Part shown: one piece after another, positions 13,225-25,767 of the stretch
Layout: every line of letters begins with the position of its first letter
Position numbering within the stretch: position 1 is the stretch's first letter
Source of the DNA: Callorhinchus milii
Lineage: Eukaryota
DNA: 64,000 nucleotides
Direction: 5' to 3'
Assembly: GCF_018977255.1 (NCBI RefSeq)
Contig: NW_024704742.1
Coordinates: forward strand, 47,742,001 to 47,806,000
Program-made: the position numbers and the translations under genes
The notes under the pieces: generated by a model
Seen by the model: the letters and a program-made list of their open reading frames with translations, nothing else
Database searches by the model: none
What the model was told of the DNA's origin: nothing

Positions 13225-14492
13225 CTAGAAAGTAAACACATTGCAATTAACAGCTTATTCACAAGCTACAGCCATGAACAAACAACTACATAATGTGACA
13301 GGTGGAAACAAAGTGAATGTATGTTTATCTGGGACCAGACACATTCAGTAAATTGAAAGTCCATACCTCAAACATATCTGTAAAATTAAATGGCTTGCTA
13401 TAGATTTAATAACATGAAAATCTAAGGTCTCCAGGAGTCCTTAATACCCAGGGCAGGAACAGGTTATCTCCATGTCCTTCAGCTCCCATCCCCAGTTCTG
13501 GTGTCCAGCCAGCAGTGTTAAACACTTTAAGACAACCAATGTGAAAGGAAATATAAACTATTGTATTGGGCATGTTGCCCCTAACGTGTCATATATTATT
13601 AATCCTGGCAGCTCTTTAAATTTTAATTTTTTAAAAAAACAAACTAGTCAATTTTTCTCTTGCCTTTGTGGTTATTTTGACTATCCTAAAGAAGATTCCA
13701 GTTTTGCAAAACTCCCCCAGAACCTCATCCATGTGGCCATTATTCATGTGTGAGCCTCAATAGTGAGCATTGGAAAACTATTCCAACAACAGAGGGCATC
13801 ATGGTCAGTTCTGCCCTCACAATGTCAATGCACATGTACGGTCCAGCAGTTACTTCTGCTTGGTCTAAAATTGCAGAAAAAACTGCTGATGAACTAATCC
13901 AAGAAAAATAAAACATTAGGATTGATCAATGCCCAAAACAACACAGAAGATGATAATCGGACATCTCTCTGGGACCAGGAGTGAGAAATCTCTTACGTGA
14001 AACAGACTATCCAGGTAAGCTATGAAGGCAGAGTGCCAGCAGATTCAAAAGGGAATTAGACATCTATTTAGTGAGTTGAGGGGTAAAAGTGATAAAGAAA
14101 TGTTCAGGATTTTTATGAAAAGCTACTTTTGAGACCAGCAAGGTGGGCCACAATGGTCATCGGGTCCTGTGAATTCTTCTGTTCCTGCAGAATGCTCTTC
14201 ATTCTTTTGTGAAAAGAGGTGATTTTATATGTCTGGATGTTCCAGTGTTACTGCTATAACCTGTGGGCTTCAAATGTAATTAGATATAATTTAATCTATT
14301 AATAACTAACCTGACATTATCAAATATTCTATTAAATTATTGGACTTGGTGTTTCAGGAGAACATGGGTCATTTGGTCTCATTAATTAATAACAGTTGTT
14401 GATACCATTTCAGGCAACACTTGAATCACCTGAATGGATTTTGTACAGAAATAGCAAGAACCAAAGATAGAGACACACCCAAGAACACAAAT

Positions 14493-15020
14493 ACAACAAG
14501 TTGCAATTATATGGCACCCTTCACGCAGTGTAGCGTCCCAGAGCAGTGACAGTAGCGGTCTGAAGCCAAGCCAGGGGGAGGAGGGGTGACTGTACGCACG
14601 ATCAACAAGGTCTTTAGGCAGGATTTGAGGGGCAGGAGGACGGAGGGATTGAGCGAGAGTTCCAGAGTTTCGGGGCATAGTGGCTGAAGGTACGGTCTCT
14701 GATGGTGGAGCGGAGTGCACGTGGGACAAACAGAAGGCGAGAGTGGAGAGTGGAGTTAGCGGGTGGAGGAGTAGGTCGAATAGGTAGGGAGGTGTGAGGG
14801 CATGAAGGGATTTGAAAACAAGTGAGACTACCTTGGAATCAATCCGTTTGGTAATTGGGAGCCAGTGGAACCTGCCAAGGACTGATATGATGAGGGTACT
14901 GAGTTTTGTCCGGGTGAGTATCCGGGGTGCAGAGTTTTGAATTAATTTAATTTTGTGGAGACCAGTGAGGAGGGCATTGGAATAGTCCAGCTGTGAAGTG
15001 CCAAAGGCGTGGATGAGGGT
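14493..15020 (-). mobile_element. L2 3' fragment
   Basis: Reverse-strand L2 ORF2 C-terminus and tail. Confidence 0.85.
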
Positions 15021-15106
15021 TTGTGTGGAAAGCAGTCAACTAGAAAACATTTGGCAATAAAAACCCGCATCTGTACGATTTTGATGAACACCTCTCTCCT
15101 CCTTAC

Positions 15107-15261
15107 CCTGCGGCTACTGGCTTCACATGGATGTAGTTCTCCTGAACAAACAGTGGTGCTATTGAATAGTCATAGAAGAAGAGGTCAGACTTGTCGATTA
15201 GGCTCATACGAGCAGTCTCCTCACCGGTAGCAAACACCTTCCTCACAACATCAAATGGACC
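15107..15261 (-). CDS. RFC1: RFC1 exon 20
   Basis: ctttag| ... |gtaagg; GPFDVVRKVFATGEETARMSLIDKSDLFFYDYSIAPLFVQENYIHVKPVAA(G). Confidence 0.96.
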
Positions 15262-16166
15262 CTAAAGCCAAAAAGTTAACTCCATGTGAAAAAATGCAAG
15301 GGTTTTATTTTAAAAAAACTTTAATGGTCTTCACCACAAGCTAGTTTTTAAAACTCAAAAGTGGTTCAAATCCCATTCACATTTTTACCCTAATGGAGCT
15401 ACAACCAATAGCTACAGTCAAATTCAGTACACAAGACCTGGAAATTTCGCTGCCGATCCTCCTACACTGAAGTCGCCCATCACTGAGCCGAGATCAAACA
15501 CCAGGCCTGCAACTTCCTGCAACTTCCTTAAAAGCTAATTCTTTTATTTATATTTTGCTTCTCATCTTCCTCCAGTCTTCTCCTTGCAGTGGCTCCTCTA
15601 TTATGTAACCATTCAGTTTTAGCCAACACAGGATTCCCTGATTGGGATTTCTCATTCCCATGACCATCTAACACGGGGATGTTCTTGCCAAGGATGGCTC
15701 GAAACTTGTGGTCTGCCCAGTCGCAACAAGGATCACTTCTTGATCAATTTTATATCAAGGTCAGTTTTACATTCTTTAATAATTCCATCCCTGCAATCTA
15801 CCGAGAACAAATCATTGTAAGCTGAATTATTATAGCACTTTATGCAAATTGCATCACACTAATTATTCTCAAATATTAGTGACTATTTCAGTAGGCAAAT
15901 ATGCCAGCTATTTTTTTTTGTCATTTTGACTCGATAAACAGCCACGAGTTGAACAACCAATTTATCTAGAGGATCATTTGTATACCAGCAAAAACTCTCT
16001 TTTCCAGTATATCATGGGATCTTTATCGCCCACCTGAATAAGTTGGCAAGACCTGTTTAACCATCTCTGAAGGACGGCACCTCCAACACTGCAGCACCTC
16101 AAACCAGCCCTGGACTGGATATCAGCCTCAACTTCTTTTCAGTGGTCTTGATCATCAGTTACTCAC

Positions 16167-16265
16167 CAGCTTAATATCTTTCTTGGCACTTTTGCCATCT
16201 TTCTTGGCCTGATCATAAGTCATTGATTTCTTATCTGCACACCACATGGTAATATTATGCAAAAC
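16167..16265 (-). CDS. RFC1: RFC1 exon 19
   Basis: ttctag| ... |gtgagt; VLHNITMWCADKKSMTYDQAKKDGKSAKKDIKL. Confidence 0.96.
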
Positions 16266-16494
16266 CTAGAAAACACAACAAGACCACAGCTTCAAATACA
16301 AGGCAGACCATTCCAGCATGTGAATGTGCATGATGTGTGCTGGAATGGGGACAGAGGGCACTGGAAAATAGCTTAAAACTAAACTCTTCAGACCCAGTAC
16401 ACTTCAATGCTTATTGAAAGAATTTTGAAAATGAGACATGAGCTTAATTCTGCAATCAACAAACACCCCTTTCCATTGGTTAATTACATAATTA

Positions 16495-17415
16495 AGCACT
16501 GTATTTAAGATTATGAATATTTTGATAAGGTGGATGTTAATAGGCCGTTTCCATAAGTTGGCGAGTACAAAAGAAGGGAACATGAATATGTAAGCTCGTT
16601 GTACACATGATTTACATATGGTGAGCAGATCTAGTATTGTGCAAAACCTAGAAAATTAAATTTTTCTCTTCTACGCATCTACCTGCTGATTACTAATAAC
16701 CTGCACATCGAGGCTTCCTTTTAAGAAGGAATTAGTTGCCTCTAAATATCTGAAGTCTTACAATTTCTGCTTGTAAAAGATAATTCTATTTTCTACAACA
16801 ACATCTTCCTACAACGCTTGGCTATGGACAGAAGTGCCATAGGTCAGGCACTACAGTGCTGAATATACAAATATCTTTTTTTAAAGTGTTATTTTGATCC
16901 TAATAGCATTTGTGTGTGAGGTACCAATAACCAGGCATATTAGGATGAGTAATAAAGATCTAAAAGGGGGTTTAGGAGGAACTTCTTTGTGCAGAGGATG
17001 GTGCAAATATAGAACTTGTTGACAGAAGTTCTGGTTAAAGCAAAAAAGCGTTAAATCATTTACAACAACAAAATTACATTTGTAAAATGCCTTTCATTTC
17101 AAGAGGACGTCCCAAGGCGCTGGACAGACAGAGTTTTGGACCCGAGCTGGGAGTTGGGGAGGATGGAGGGCAGGGGCGGAAGCAGGGAGATCGAAGGCAC
17201 GGTTGAAGAGGAGGGTCTTGAGATGCGTCTTGAAGGTGGCGAGGGAGGGGGCGAGACGGAAACTTAAGAGGAAACTTGATGCATACAAGGGAATACAAGG
17301 AAATGGGAGTGCTGGAGGCTCATGCAGAGTATAAAGTACTGGAAGCTCATGAAGAGTATAAACACCAGCATGGATTAGTGGGGTTGAATGGCCTTTCTCC
17401 ATGGTGTATAATTCG
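16495..17415 (+). mobile_element. CR1 3' relic split by two insertions (16598-16950 and 17063-17250)
   Basis: CR1 ORF2 end motifs resume after each insertion; ends with the GAATGGCCT...TGTA-type 3' UTR. Confidence 0.7.
17063..17250 (-). mobile_element. L2 3' fragment inserted in a CR1 relic
   Basis: FKTHLKTLLFNRAF remnant and tail; CR1 sequence on both sides. Confidence 0.85.
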
Positions 17416-17743
17416 GTTACTATGCATTTCCAGTTGTACACGATTTACATATGGTGCACAGCAGACCTCACTATACAAGCTACCTGGAAATAATCGCTTC
17501 AAACACAAAGGACAAATGACTGGCCCTCAAAATAACACATTGTACAAAATTCAAATTGAATTTGCTTTTAACATCCTATGATGGGTATATAAACTATGCT
17601 TTCAGCAGGACGTTGATTATAGAACATATTCCCACACTCGTAGTATGTAAGAGTTGTGATGTGGGGTCCAGCCCATTCAAGGGATCATCTCAACACTGAA
17701 CACTAATGCTAATTATTTGGGATGCCAGGATCTGGCCACGAAC

Positions 17744-17839
17744 CTGTCTGATATCCTGATTGGCTGCAAGGATAATTTCATTCATGGCTGGAGGAGGAAT
17801 CTTCAAACCTTCTTTATAAGCAACAGTCATCATGGCACC
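17744..17839 (-). CDS. RFC1: RFC1 exon 18
   Basis: ctatag| ... |gttcgt; GAMMTVAYKEGLKIPPPAMNEIILAANQDIRQ. Confidence 0.96.
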
Positions 17840-18264
17840 CTATAGGTGAGGGCAGAGAAAGGTGATGAGTTACGAAGAAGCGAGCACCCAATCACAGCAG
17901 CTCACGACTCCAAAGTGCTTCCCCTTCCCCCAAATACCATTATTTCTGGATACAAGAAGAAGAGTTTATCAGAACAATCACCAATTTTGCACAATATGAA
18001 TTTCTGTTTCACTGTCACGTGACGGAGTAATCAAATTTATTCAACTTCATTTGAAAACCTTTTTAGTAAGGCCTGTCGAAAGCTTTACACTACTCCATCA
18101 CACCAATCACCCCACCGCCCTGGCTCACTCAGCCTTTCCCACCACTCGTCACATAAATTTATCCCCTACCCACCACGAGGAAACACCACACTGGATTTCA
18201 CCAGAGCAAGAATTAGAAAAACTAGTCACAGCGGTTGTTGGTAAAGTAACTTCTGTAACTGCAC

Positions 18265-18402
18265 CTTGATCTGTTCCAGTCGGGGACGTGGGAAGCGGAG
18301 GTCAAAGCAGTAATTGGCCAAGGAGCGGATCTTGGGATGGTTCCTGTCATTGCACATGCAGATGATTGGAATCTTGGTCTGTTTAATTAGAGCGATCAGT
18401 TC
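18265..18402 (-). CDS. RFC1: RFC1 exon 17
   Basis: tttcag| ... |gtgcag; ELIALIKQTKIPIICMCNDRNHPKIRSLANYCFDLRFPRPRLEQIK. Confidence 0.96.
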
Positions 18403-18496
18403 CTGAAACACAAACACAGCCACCATCACATTGCAAATTCTTCTCAGATGAGAGAAGAGATGAGAGAAACACACAGCGCAGTACAGAGTGCATTAC

Positions 18497-18585
18497 CTGA
18501 ACTCCTCCCCGGTCCTCATTGCCAGCCATTCCATCCACCTCATCCATGATCAGCACATGTTTACTGCTTACTGAGGATGAAGCTC
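18497..18585 (-). CDS. RFC1: RFC1 exon 16 (Walker B)
   Basis: cttaag| ... |gtaatg; ASSSVSSKHVLIMDEVDGMAGNEDRGGVQ. Confidence 0.95.
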
Positions 18586-18724
18586 CTTAAGGAGATGAAA
18601 AAACCACGTTAGGAAACGATGTCCACACCATTTTTTAATGTGGTATCTCGACCCCTGACTGTCCAGCGCTTTGGGACGTCCTCCCGACGGGAAAGGCGCT
18701 CTGTAAATGTAATTTTGTTGTTGT

Positions 18725-18991
18725 TGTAGCTCCGTGGTTAGAGCACTCGCTTTGCAAGAGAGAGAACTGGGTTCGATTCCCGGCAGGGTGAAACCTTGGG
18801 CAAGTTTCCTGCTCCACACGCCTGATAATAATCCCTCAAAATTGATCATTTCAATCCACGACTGTTTGTGGGACACTGCTGTGCGCTATTGGCTGCCGCG
18901 TTTCGCCCACAAATATACAGTCAATTCACTTTTACAGTGTATTCTAGAAGGCGTGAAAAGCGCTATATCAAATGCAAGGATTATTATTATT
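18725..18991 (+). mobile_element. Young tRNA-derived SINE (first 7 nt missing, short 3' internal deletion)
   Basis: Same family; preceded directly by an L2 3' tail. Confidence 0.9.
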
Positions 18992-19081
18992 AAATGTGCA
19001 GCAACTACCAGGCACCACATCAAAGCGTGGCAGCAATGCACTAGCACAGCCCAACATAGGCATTGTGGTGTCTGCAGATAC

Positions 19082-19196
19082 CGTAGTAGAAGCCAGTGAT
19101 GGTGGTGTTGTTCAGTGACTCTGCTACCACTTCCTTCAAGCTGTTTTTGCTCCGGGTGTCACTGGCGTTGAGTTCAACGTAGCTGAATCCCAAATT
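19082..19196 (-). CDS. RFC1: RFC1 exon 15
   Basis: gaaaag| ... |gtatct; NLGFSYVELNASDTRSKNSLKEVVAESLNNTTITGFYY(G). Confidence 0.93.
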
Positions 19197-20214
19197 CTTT
19201 TCAGGAAGAAAACAAAAGGGAAGGAAAAACGAATGCCACATGTATTACAATGTTACAAAATGCCAAGTAGCATGAGAAAAACAAGACTTAAGAAAAAGTT
19301 ATAAGCTTCCAATAATTTTGTTTCCCTCGAGTTTGCATTCATTGATTGACTTCAGGTTTGATACTCATGTATCTCTGACGTTTAAATTAACCTAATCCAG
19401 TAAGCAGACACAGGCCAGTGCAAAGAGAGGGCACGGCAACAGGTTGTCCTAAAGCAACATGTTATATTATGAAATGAGTTGGCATTGAATTTGTGTCTTC
19501 TACTCATCTATCTGTTGATTATTAATAACCTGCATATCAAGACTTCCTTTAAAGAAAGAATTAGTTGCCCATAAATATCTGAAGTCTTACAATTTTTGCT
19601 TATAAAAGCTATTTCTATTTTCTATGACAGCATCTTCTTACAACGCTTGGCTATGGACAGAAGTGTCAGAGTCCAGGCACTACAGTGCTGGATATACAAA
19701 TATTTTTTTTTAAAAATGTTATTTTGATCCTAATAGCAGGTACCAACAACCAGCCCTATTAGGATTAGTGAAATAGTGCTGGGATCAGTAAGGCTGCGAT
19801 GGGAGAGTGAGTTTATTTAACACATCCATCTCTAAAAGTAAATTAATCTGTTATTTTACAAGTAAGCAAATGCAAGTTCATCTCGTATCTTATCCCATTT
19901 CCAAACATTTGCAGAGATAAGAGATGTGAAGTTTCATTCGCTAGATTGTAACCAGCTCATGTGTCCAGATATCAGATTGGATTCGAGATATTCAAACCAT
20001 TAAATATTTGCTTGACCAATATTTACAGTCTTCTGTTAATTGTGTACTGTGCGTTAAGGAGGAACATTAATAAATACAATGTGTTTTATAAAAGCTCTTA
20101 ATGTAACAAAGCACTGCAGTGACATACAACCGTGACAGAAGGCCATCAAGAGTTCACTGCATTAAAGGTGGTGCTAATATTAGGCTTGTATCTCTGGAAT
20201 TTATATTCTCTTAC

Positions 20215-20324
20215 CATACAGACGAGAGTGGCTGTGGTGGTTTTCCCCACACCAGGAGGACCAGAGAGTAGAGCAGCTTTGGAACTTGAACCATCATCCC
20301 TTCCGCCAAACCTGTGAAACTTTG
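20215..20324 (-). CDS. RFC1: RFC1 exon 14 (Walker A)
   Basis: gtacag| ... |gtaaga; KFHRFGGRDDGSSSKAALLSGPPGVGKTTTATLVCM. Confidence 0.96.
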
Positions 20325-20786
20325 CTGTACAAATACAAAACAAATTTTATAGCGCGTTATCTCAAAACGTCACACAATTATACTGAGACGTATGGCTGTT
20401 ATTGGCAACCACAACATGTGCCAGCTCCATCACATAAACAGCAAATATAAGAACAATCAATGAATTTGGTTGCATTTTGGCCATAGGGGGGAGAGGCCAG
20501 CCAGGACCCGGGGGGGGGGGGGAGAGGAAGGGAAGATCAGTCCCTTTCCTTTACTTCCCTATTCCCCTCTGCCTCATGTATGCATTGTTTCCTCTTCAAT
20601 ATTCTGATTAAATAACAAAGGTAATAAGGGAATATGAAAAAAATGCAGGGAAATTAGATTGAAAATAGAAAGAACTGCGTTATCTAATAAAATAGCAAAA
20701 AGGCTCAAACAGACGAACAGCTTACTACCATTTGTTATGGAGCTGCCCCAATAGGTCAAGCTCAGAGAAAGGTTTTCTATCCTCAC

Positions 20787-21192
20787 CTATAGGCTTGTTG
20801 CCCCCAGAGTTGTTCCTATGCCAGTCCTTCAACCAGCGGAGCAGCTTGTTGGCACAGCTCTGTTCCCCTTGTTGTCCTATGATATTTTTCAGGGCTGTTG
20901 GCTTGTACTTATCCACCCACAGCAAGCTCGCTTCTTCCTCCTTCGCTGACAGCTGAGAGGCACTTGCTGTCTTCAGCCTTGATGTAGAGGCAAAGGGTTC
21001 TGCACTGAACGAGATGCTCTTCACACCTCTCAAAGAGTTGCCATTCTCTCGTGTTGGAGGACTGCTGGTTGAAGGGCCGTCTTTTTGATGCTCACTCCAT
21101 TTCTTTGAGGGTGTTGAAACCTTCACATTGCGTGTGGAACTTTTCCCCGATACCTTGTTTCTTTCCTCTGAAACTACTTTCAATTTTTTAAC
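20787..21192 (-). CDS. RFC1: RFC1 exon 13
   Basis: ttacag| ... |gtgagg; VKKLKVV...LLWVDKYKPTALKNIIGQQGEQSCANKLLRWLKDWH...NKPI; 406 nt fits flanking phases. Confidence 0.93.
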
Positions 21193-21389
21193 CTGTAATT
21201 TGTTTGGGTTTAGGAGGGGAAAAAAATTGTGATCCATCAAGTTGTCACTGGAGATATCAGATAAACAGATCGCGGGTGCTGAAAACACTCTTGTTGGTGA
21301 TCTTGATATAGGTGTTGATTAACTTACACACAAAGTCAAGAAGCAACAGGTAAGACCCCAAATGTCCCCACATTCAGCACCAAACTAAC

Positions 21390-21494
21390 CTCAGCTTCAG
21401 CTGCAATCTCATACTTGGATTTCTTTCCTGGCAATTTGTGGATCAGATCCAACAGGCCATCCTCATCAATCTGTTTGGTGCCAAGGGTCTCTGC
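21390..21494 (-). CDS. RFC1: RFC1 exon 12 (BRCT C-terminal part)
   Basis: ctttag| ... |gttagt; AETLGTKQIDEDGLLDLIHKLPGKKSKYEIAAEAE. Confidence 0.96.
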
Positions 21495-21814
21495 CTAAAG
21501 AAAATAACATTAAAATAAAGTCACTGCTTAATTTCCACAAAAGGATACCCGCTAATGGATGGGAAAACATACTTCAGACCAGAACACCGTGCAATTTCAG
21601 TACTCAGAAGCATAGAAACTTGCTGCACAGAAGGAGGCCGTTCAACCCATCCTGTCTGTACCACTGCTACCAGTCTTTCTAAATTACTTTGTTAAAATTC
21701 AGACTCGCTGAAACAATCTCAATGCCAATAGCTTCCTTCCGTCTGCCAGATGCGAGAAGCACATGAAGTCAGCGGTTATTAGCAATTTTACTGATGTGAT
21801 GTGTGCATTTGGTC

Positions 21815-22020
21815 ATTATCAGGTCATTGAGACGTCTCAAAGCGCTTCACAGAATATACTGTAAAGTGAAAGGGCTGTATATCTTGTGGCCGAAATGTGG
21901 TAGCCATTGCACACAGCAGTGTCCCACAAACAGTTGTGGATTGAGTAATCATTTTTTTGGAGGGTTTATTACCCCTGGAAAGCAGTCCGCCAATCGACTA
22001 ACAACCAGGTTCCTACATAG
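21815..22020 (-). mobile_element. Older SINE subfamily fragment
   Basis: Shares the extra internal segment GGTTGTTAGTCGATTGGCGG...TTCCAGGGG with the 62625 copy. Confidence 0.75.
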
Positions 22021-22640
22021 AATTGCGTAAAAACAAACTGAAACGCACAAACACAGACGAGTTGGGGACAGTAGCTTTGCAGCGATAGAAACATCAACCA
22101 GTCATCTCATCAACTTGATTGTTCATTATTAGACTGACTGTGTCAGTGACTCAGGTATCACATGGAGCAACAATCGGGTATTACTAGGGAGAAGATGGCA
22201 GGACTAAGCCAAGTTGCCCATTAAATAGAGCCACCCGAGGTGAAGAGGTCCATGTCCCCGACTAACTGCCAACACGTACCTGAAAATAAGCTGCGACACT
22301 GCAAAGCAACAACAACAACAAATAACATTTATATAGCAGCTTTCACGTCAGGAGGACGGGAGGATCCTGTGGGAGCAGCAATGGAGATGTGCGTGTGTAC
22401 ATGGTGAGGCAAAGGAGAAATTTAGCACCCCTCCCCACCCACCAGTAACATCTGATCTCCAAATGATCCAGTGTTGAAATGCAACAGGATAGAGGATACT
22501 TGCCATAAGCTCACCAGGTGCCGTAAAGCGATATAGCTCTGCTGCAAATAACCTATGCGCCAGATACTTAGGCATATGACCTATGCGCCATATTTCAGTG
22601 GTGCTGATATCCAATATCACGCATTACTGATAGTACTCAC

Positions 22641-22820
22641 TTTATCCAGCTTGGATCGACCACTATCCCGGCCCATCACCAGGTAATTGGTTTTTTTACT
22701 GACATTTCCAGTCACTTTCCCTCCATATCGCTCTATTAGAGACTTGGCTTCATCGCGCTCCATTGACTCCAGGACCCCAGTAATTACGAATGAAAGATTC
22801 TCCAAACAGTTCTCAGCTCC
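22641..22820 (-). CDS. RFC1: RFC1 exon 11 (BRCT)
   Basis: atcaag| ... |gtgagt; GAENCLENLSFVITGVLESMERDEAKSLIERYGGKVTGNVSKKTNYLVMGRDSGRSKLDK. Confidence 0.96.
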
Positions 22821-23879
22821 CTTGATAGGAAGAGTTTGAACAATCAATAGGGCACATTCTAAACCAACTCACTTCTACTGAGGAACTGAAAATTATAATT
22901 GGGGAGGAGGGGAGGTAGGAAAGAGCGTAAATTTGTTTGCAACCAGAGATACAGGGTGTCTGAGCATCTGAGTATTTGACAGAACACAAGCAGCACGGAG
23001 ATAAATCCAACCATTGTACAAATGTTGCCTGCGAAAAACAAATATTTAACAACCCTTCCCGTTTGACTATTATGTTCCTTGGTCCCAAATAACCAGCCTG
23101 TTGAGGAGTTCACTGATTGGAGCAGCTCCAACTAACAAAGGTACTGCCTCCCCCTGGGATGAAGGTGGAAAGATCTATAGACAGTATGTGACATGCCAAT
23201 GACATTGATGTTCTAAAGGTCAGAGTCCAATCTGAGTACCAAGTTTATTTGTCATCAACTGCTTAATCCAGGTTATCTCTCAAGAAATTTTAGCAACGTA
23301 GCATGAAGCCATCTCCACCACCAGGGTGCTGAGCACCAGATCAGTATAGACCAATGCCCTGCAGGCACTTCATTTCACCAAAAATCCATCACACTGCTTG
23401 GTCCTGGATCTTACAAATTGAATGAGGAAAACCCTTCTGTTGCATGTCCAGGTGAAGGAGAACTATTTAGACATGTTCTATAATTCACACGCTTAACCTA
23501 CATTGGGACTTTGCTGTCATTGAGAGACCTCACCCCTTCTCATGGTCCCAAATGATGGTTGGTGTCCACCACAACCTCCAGATACCAATAGAAATCAATA
23601 ATTGTCAGTTACAATACTGTACCAATTACAATAATTGTATCTTCTAATTAATATAGTCGAGGTCCCCTCTTGAGCTGTGCAAAATCATAATACCACATTT
23701 GGGGCAACCAGGACCATGTTCATTCAATGGTCCAGTGTTCAAGATGGTGAGGACAGGGCATGAAATTCCCAGTCGAGTCCGCCAATAAAACAACATTATC
23801 TGCAACAAAGGCCCCACAAGTCTACCAGAAAGGCCTGGATCCGGCAATCTAAGCGGGTCTTTTTTGATGCCATCCATCA

Positions 23880-24150
23880 TTGATACATTGAATAGGGTGG
23901 ATAGCACCCAAGACGGACAGGCTCAGTGAGTCTGCCATCAAACCACACATGGATCTTGACCTGAAGGACACAAGAATAGGCCATGTTCTCATGGTGCATT
24001 AGGTCAAAAGCCTTAAGAAAATTGGTGAATGCAACATAAAGGGGTTTCCCCAGAGCCTTCTGGCATTCTGAGACTTCATATAAAGTCACAACCTGCCCCA
24101 CACATACCTCACGAGAATGGAATCCATCTTTCCCGATTATACGCAATGCA
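23880..24150 (-). mobile_element. Degenerate non-LTR RT fragment, RTE-like
   Basis: KPLYVAFTNFLKAFD and DGRLTEP resemble RTE-clade RT motifs. Confidence 0.45.
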
Positions 24151-25286
24151 TCCGAAAATTGTGCTTAACTACCTGAATCACACAAAAGTGAAAGCATTTG
24201 GCAGGAATGTTTTCGTTAGTCAAGAATGAAAGGCAGAGGTTCACAGACTTATCTAATACTGTTGTTTCTCTAACAGTAAAGCGTGCCAACTAGCAAGCTA
24301 TCCAGCTGACTATACGTACCCACATGGGTTTGTTGTAAGCCATGTACTTGTCTAACAACTGGCACCTCAGAGAGCCCTCCAGCTATGTCCTGGATTAAGC
24401 AGTTAGTGTTAAGTAAGGCTTGTATGTGGTATTGGACTTGGACATCTAGAGCATCAAGGTGGCAAGCACGCCACAAATAAATGTCCTCTCACCATGAGGA
24501 AGGCAGATGTCCATGCTGATGTCCAAGGCTTAGGAGGACAGCTGCCGGAAGGCATTTCCTAGAGACCAGGTTCGTGAACATACGCTTACATTCAGGACTT
24601 GGTATAACTCGATTTGTAAGCACCGCAATTCCAAATAGCGGGACCATCACTCATGAGGAGGAATGTGTGGTTAAGAGGATCAGGGCAATGCACTCATGCA
24701 TTTTCTGCCAAGTTGTGTTGCTCACCATATGGCGTGTGAGGAATTCCTGGTTCCTTCTGTCTAGTGAAGGCTGAATCCTGCAAGCCAAAGTTCTAACAGG
24801 TAGGGTGTCCTAGTTAGCCATGCAGCAGAAAGCTTACTGGTTTTCACAATGGCAAACTGTGATTTTAGTTGATTAAACTCCAGTAGTACTCTGATACATA
24901 CACTGGGGTCCCCAAACATTGGCTGTTGCCAGCCTGCAGCTATACTCTCTGAGATTAGGTGGGCTGGGTGCATTTCTCCGGGGAAAGAGTCTGCATTGAC
25001 AAATAAATTGAAGCCACACACTTGTGACAATCTCAGTAAATTGGTTTGGAGACTCTTAATCACGATGATGTGTTCCACGCGTGTCAGATACCTGGCCGAC
25101 CAATAAAAAAATCATCAGCAATGCTATGAGCATATACTACAAAAATATGCAAGGGTTTTGGAGAGAGAAATAAAAAAAATCTATAAACATATTAGCTTCT
25201 ATAGGGCAGGAAAAATAAGACTTACATCTGTATATAAAATCGATTCCACAAAGTGAATCTTTCGCATGCAATTAGCACCATCTTAC

Positions 25287-25388
25287 CTGAGGGATTTCTT
25301 TTGACCCCAGCGCTCGAGGTCCATCACGGTTCAAGTAGCTGCGATAAGCCAAGTAATTCTGACGTTTCTTCTCGCTGTCCTCTGGACT
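25287..25388 (-). CDS. RFC1: RFC1 exon 10
   Basis: acccag| ... |gtaaga; SPEDSEKKRQNYLAYRSYLNRDGPRALGSKEIPQ. Confidence 0.94.
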
Positions 25389-25767
25389 CTGGGTTTGCAA
25401 AGAACAAAGATGTGATGAACTGTCTTCCAACTGCTGCCCACACAAAGGTAAGCCACTTCACGGTCACACCTTCCTCTTATGAATTCCCCCCTACTTAATG
25501 GCAGAAGTCACTGTTTAGTATAGCATAAAAAATAAGATAAATCTTAAAGCATATGCTCATAGAGGTACCCAAGTTCCCTTTCCTTGTGAATCAAGCAGCG
25601 AGCCCTTCAGTCATCAATCAGATATATCCAGATTCAACTAATCGAAAGTAGCAAACGTATCTTAATAGAAAAAACTGATTTAGGTGACTGAAGCTTTCTC
25701 CCATGAATTTTCATATTTTGCAGTCTGATCCACAAAGGAAGTGTTAAAATAATTCAGTAGTTAGCTC

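Noticed and set aside
17312..17362. 27-bp tandem duplication in the CR1 3' UTR
   Set aside because: Real but ordinary slippage within a decayed repeat
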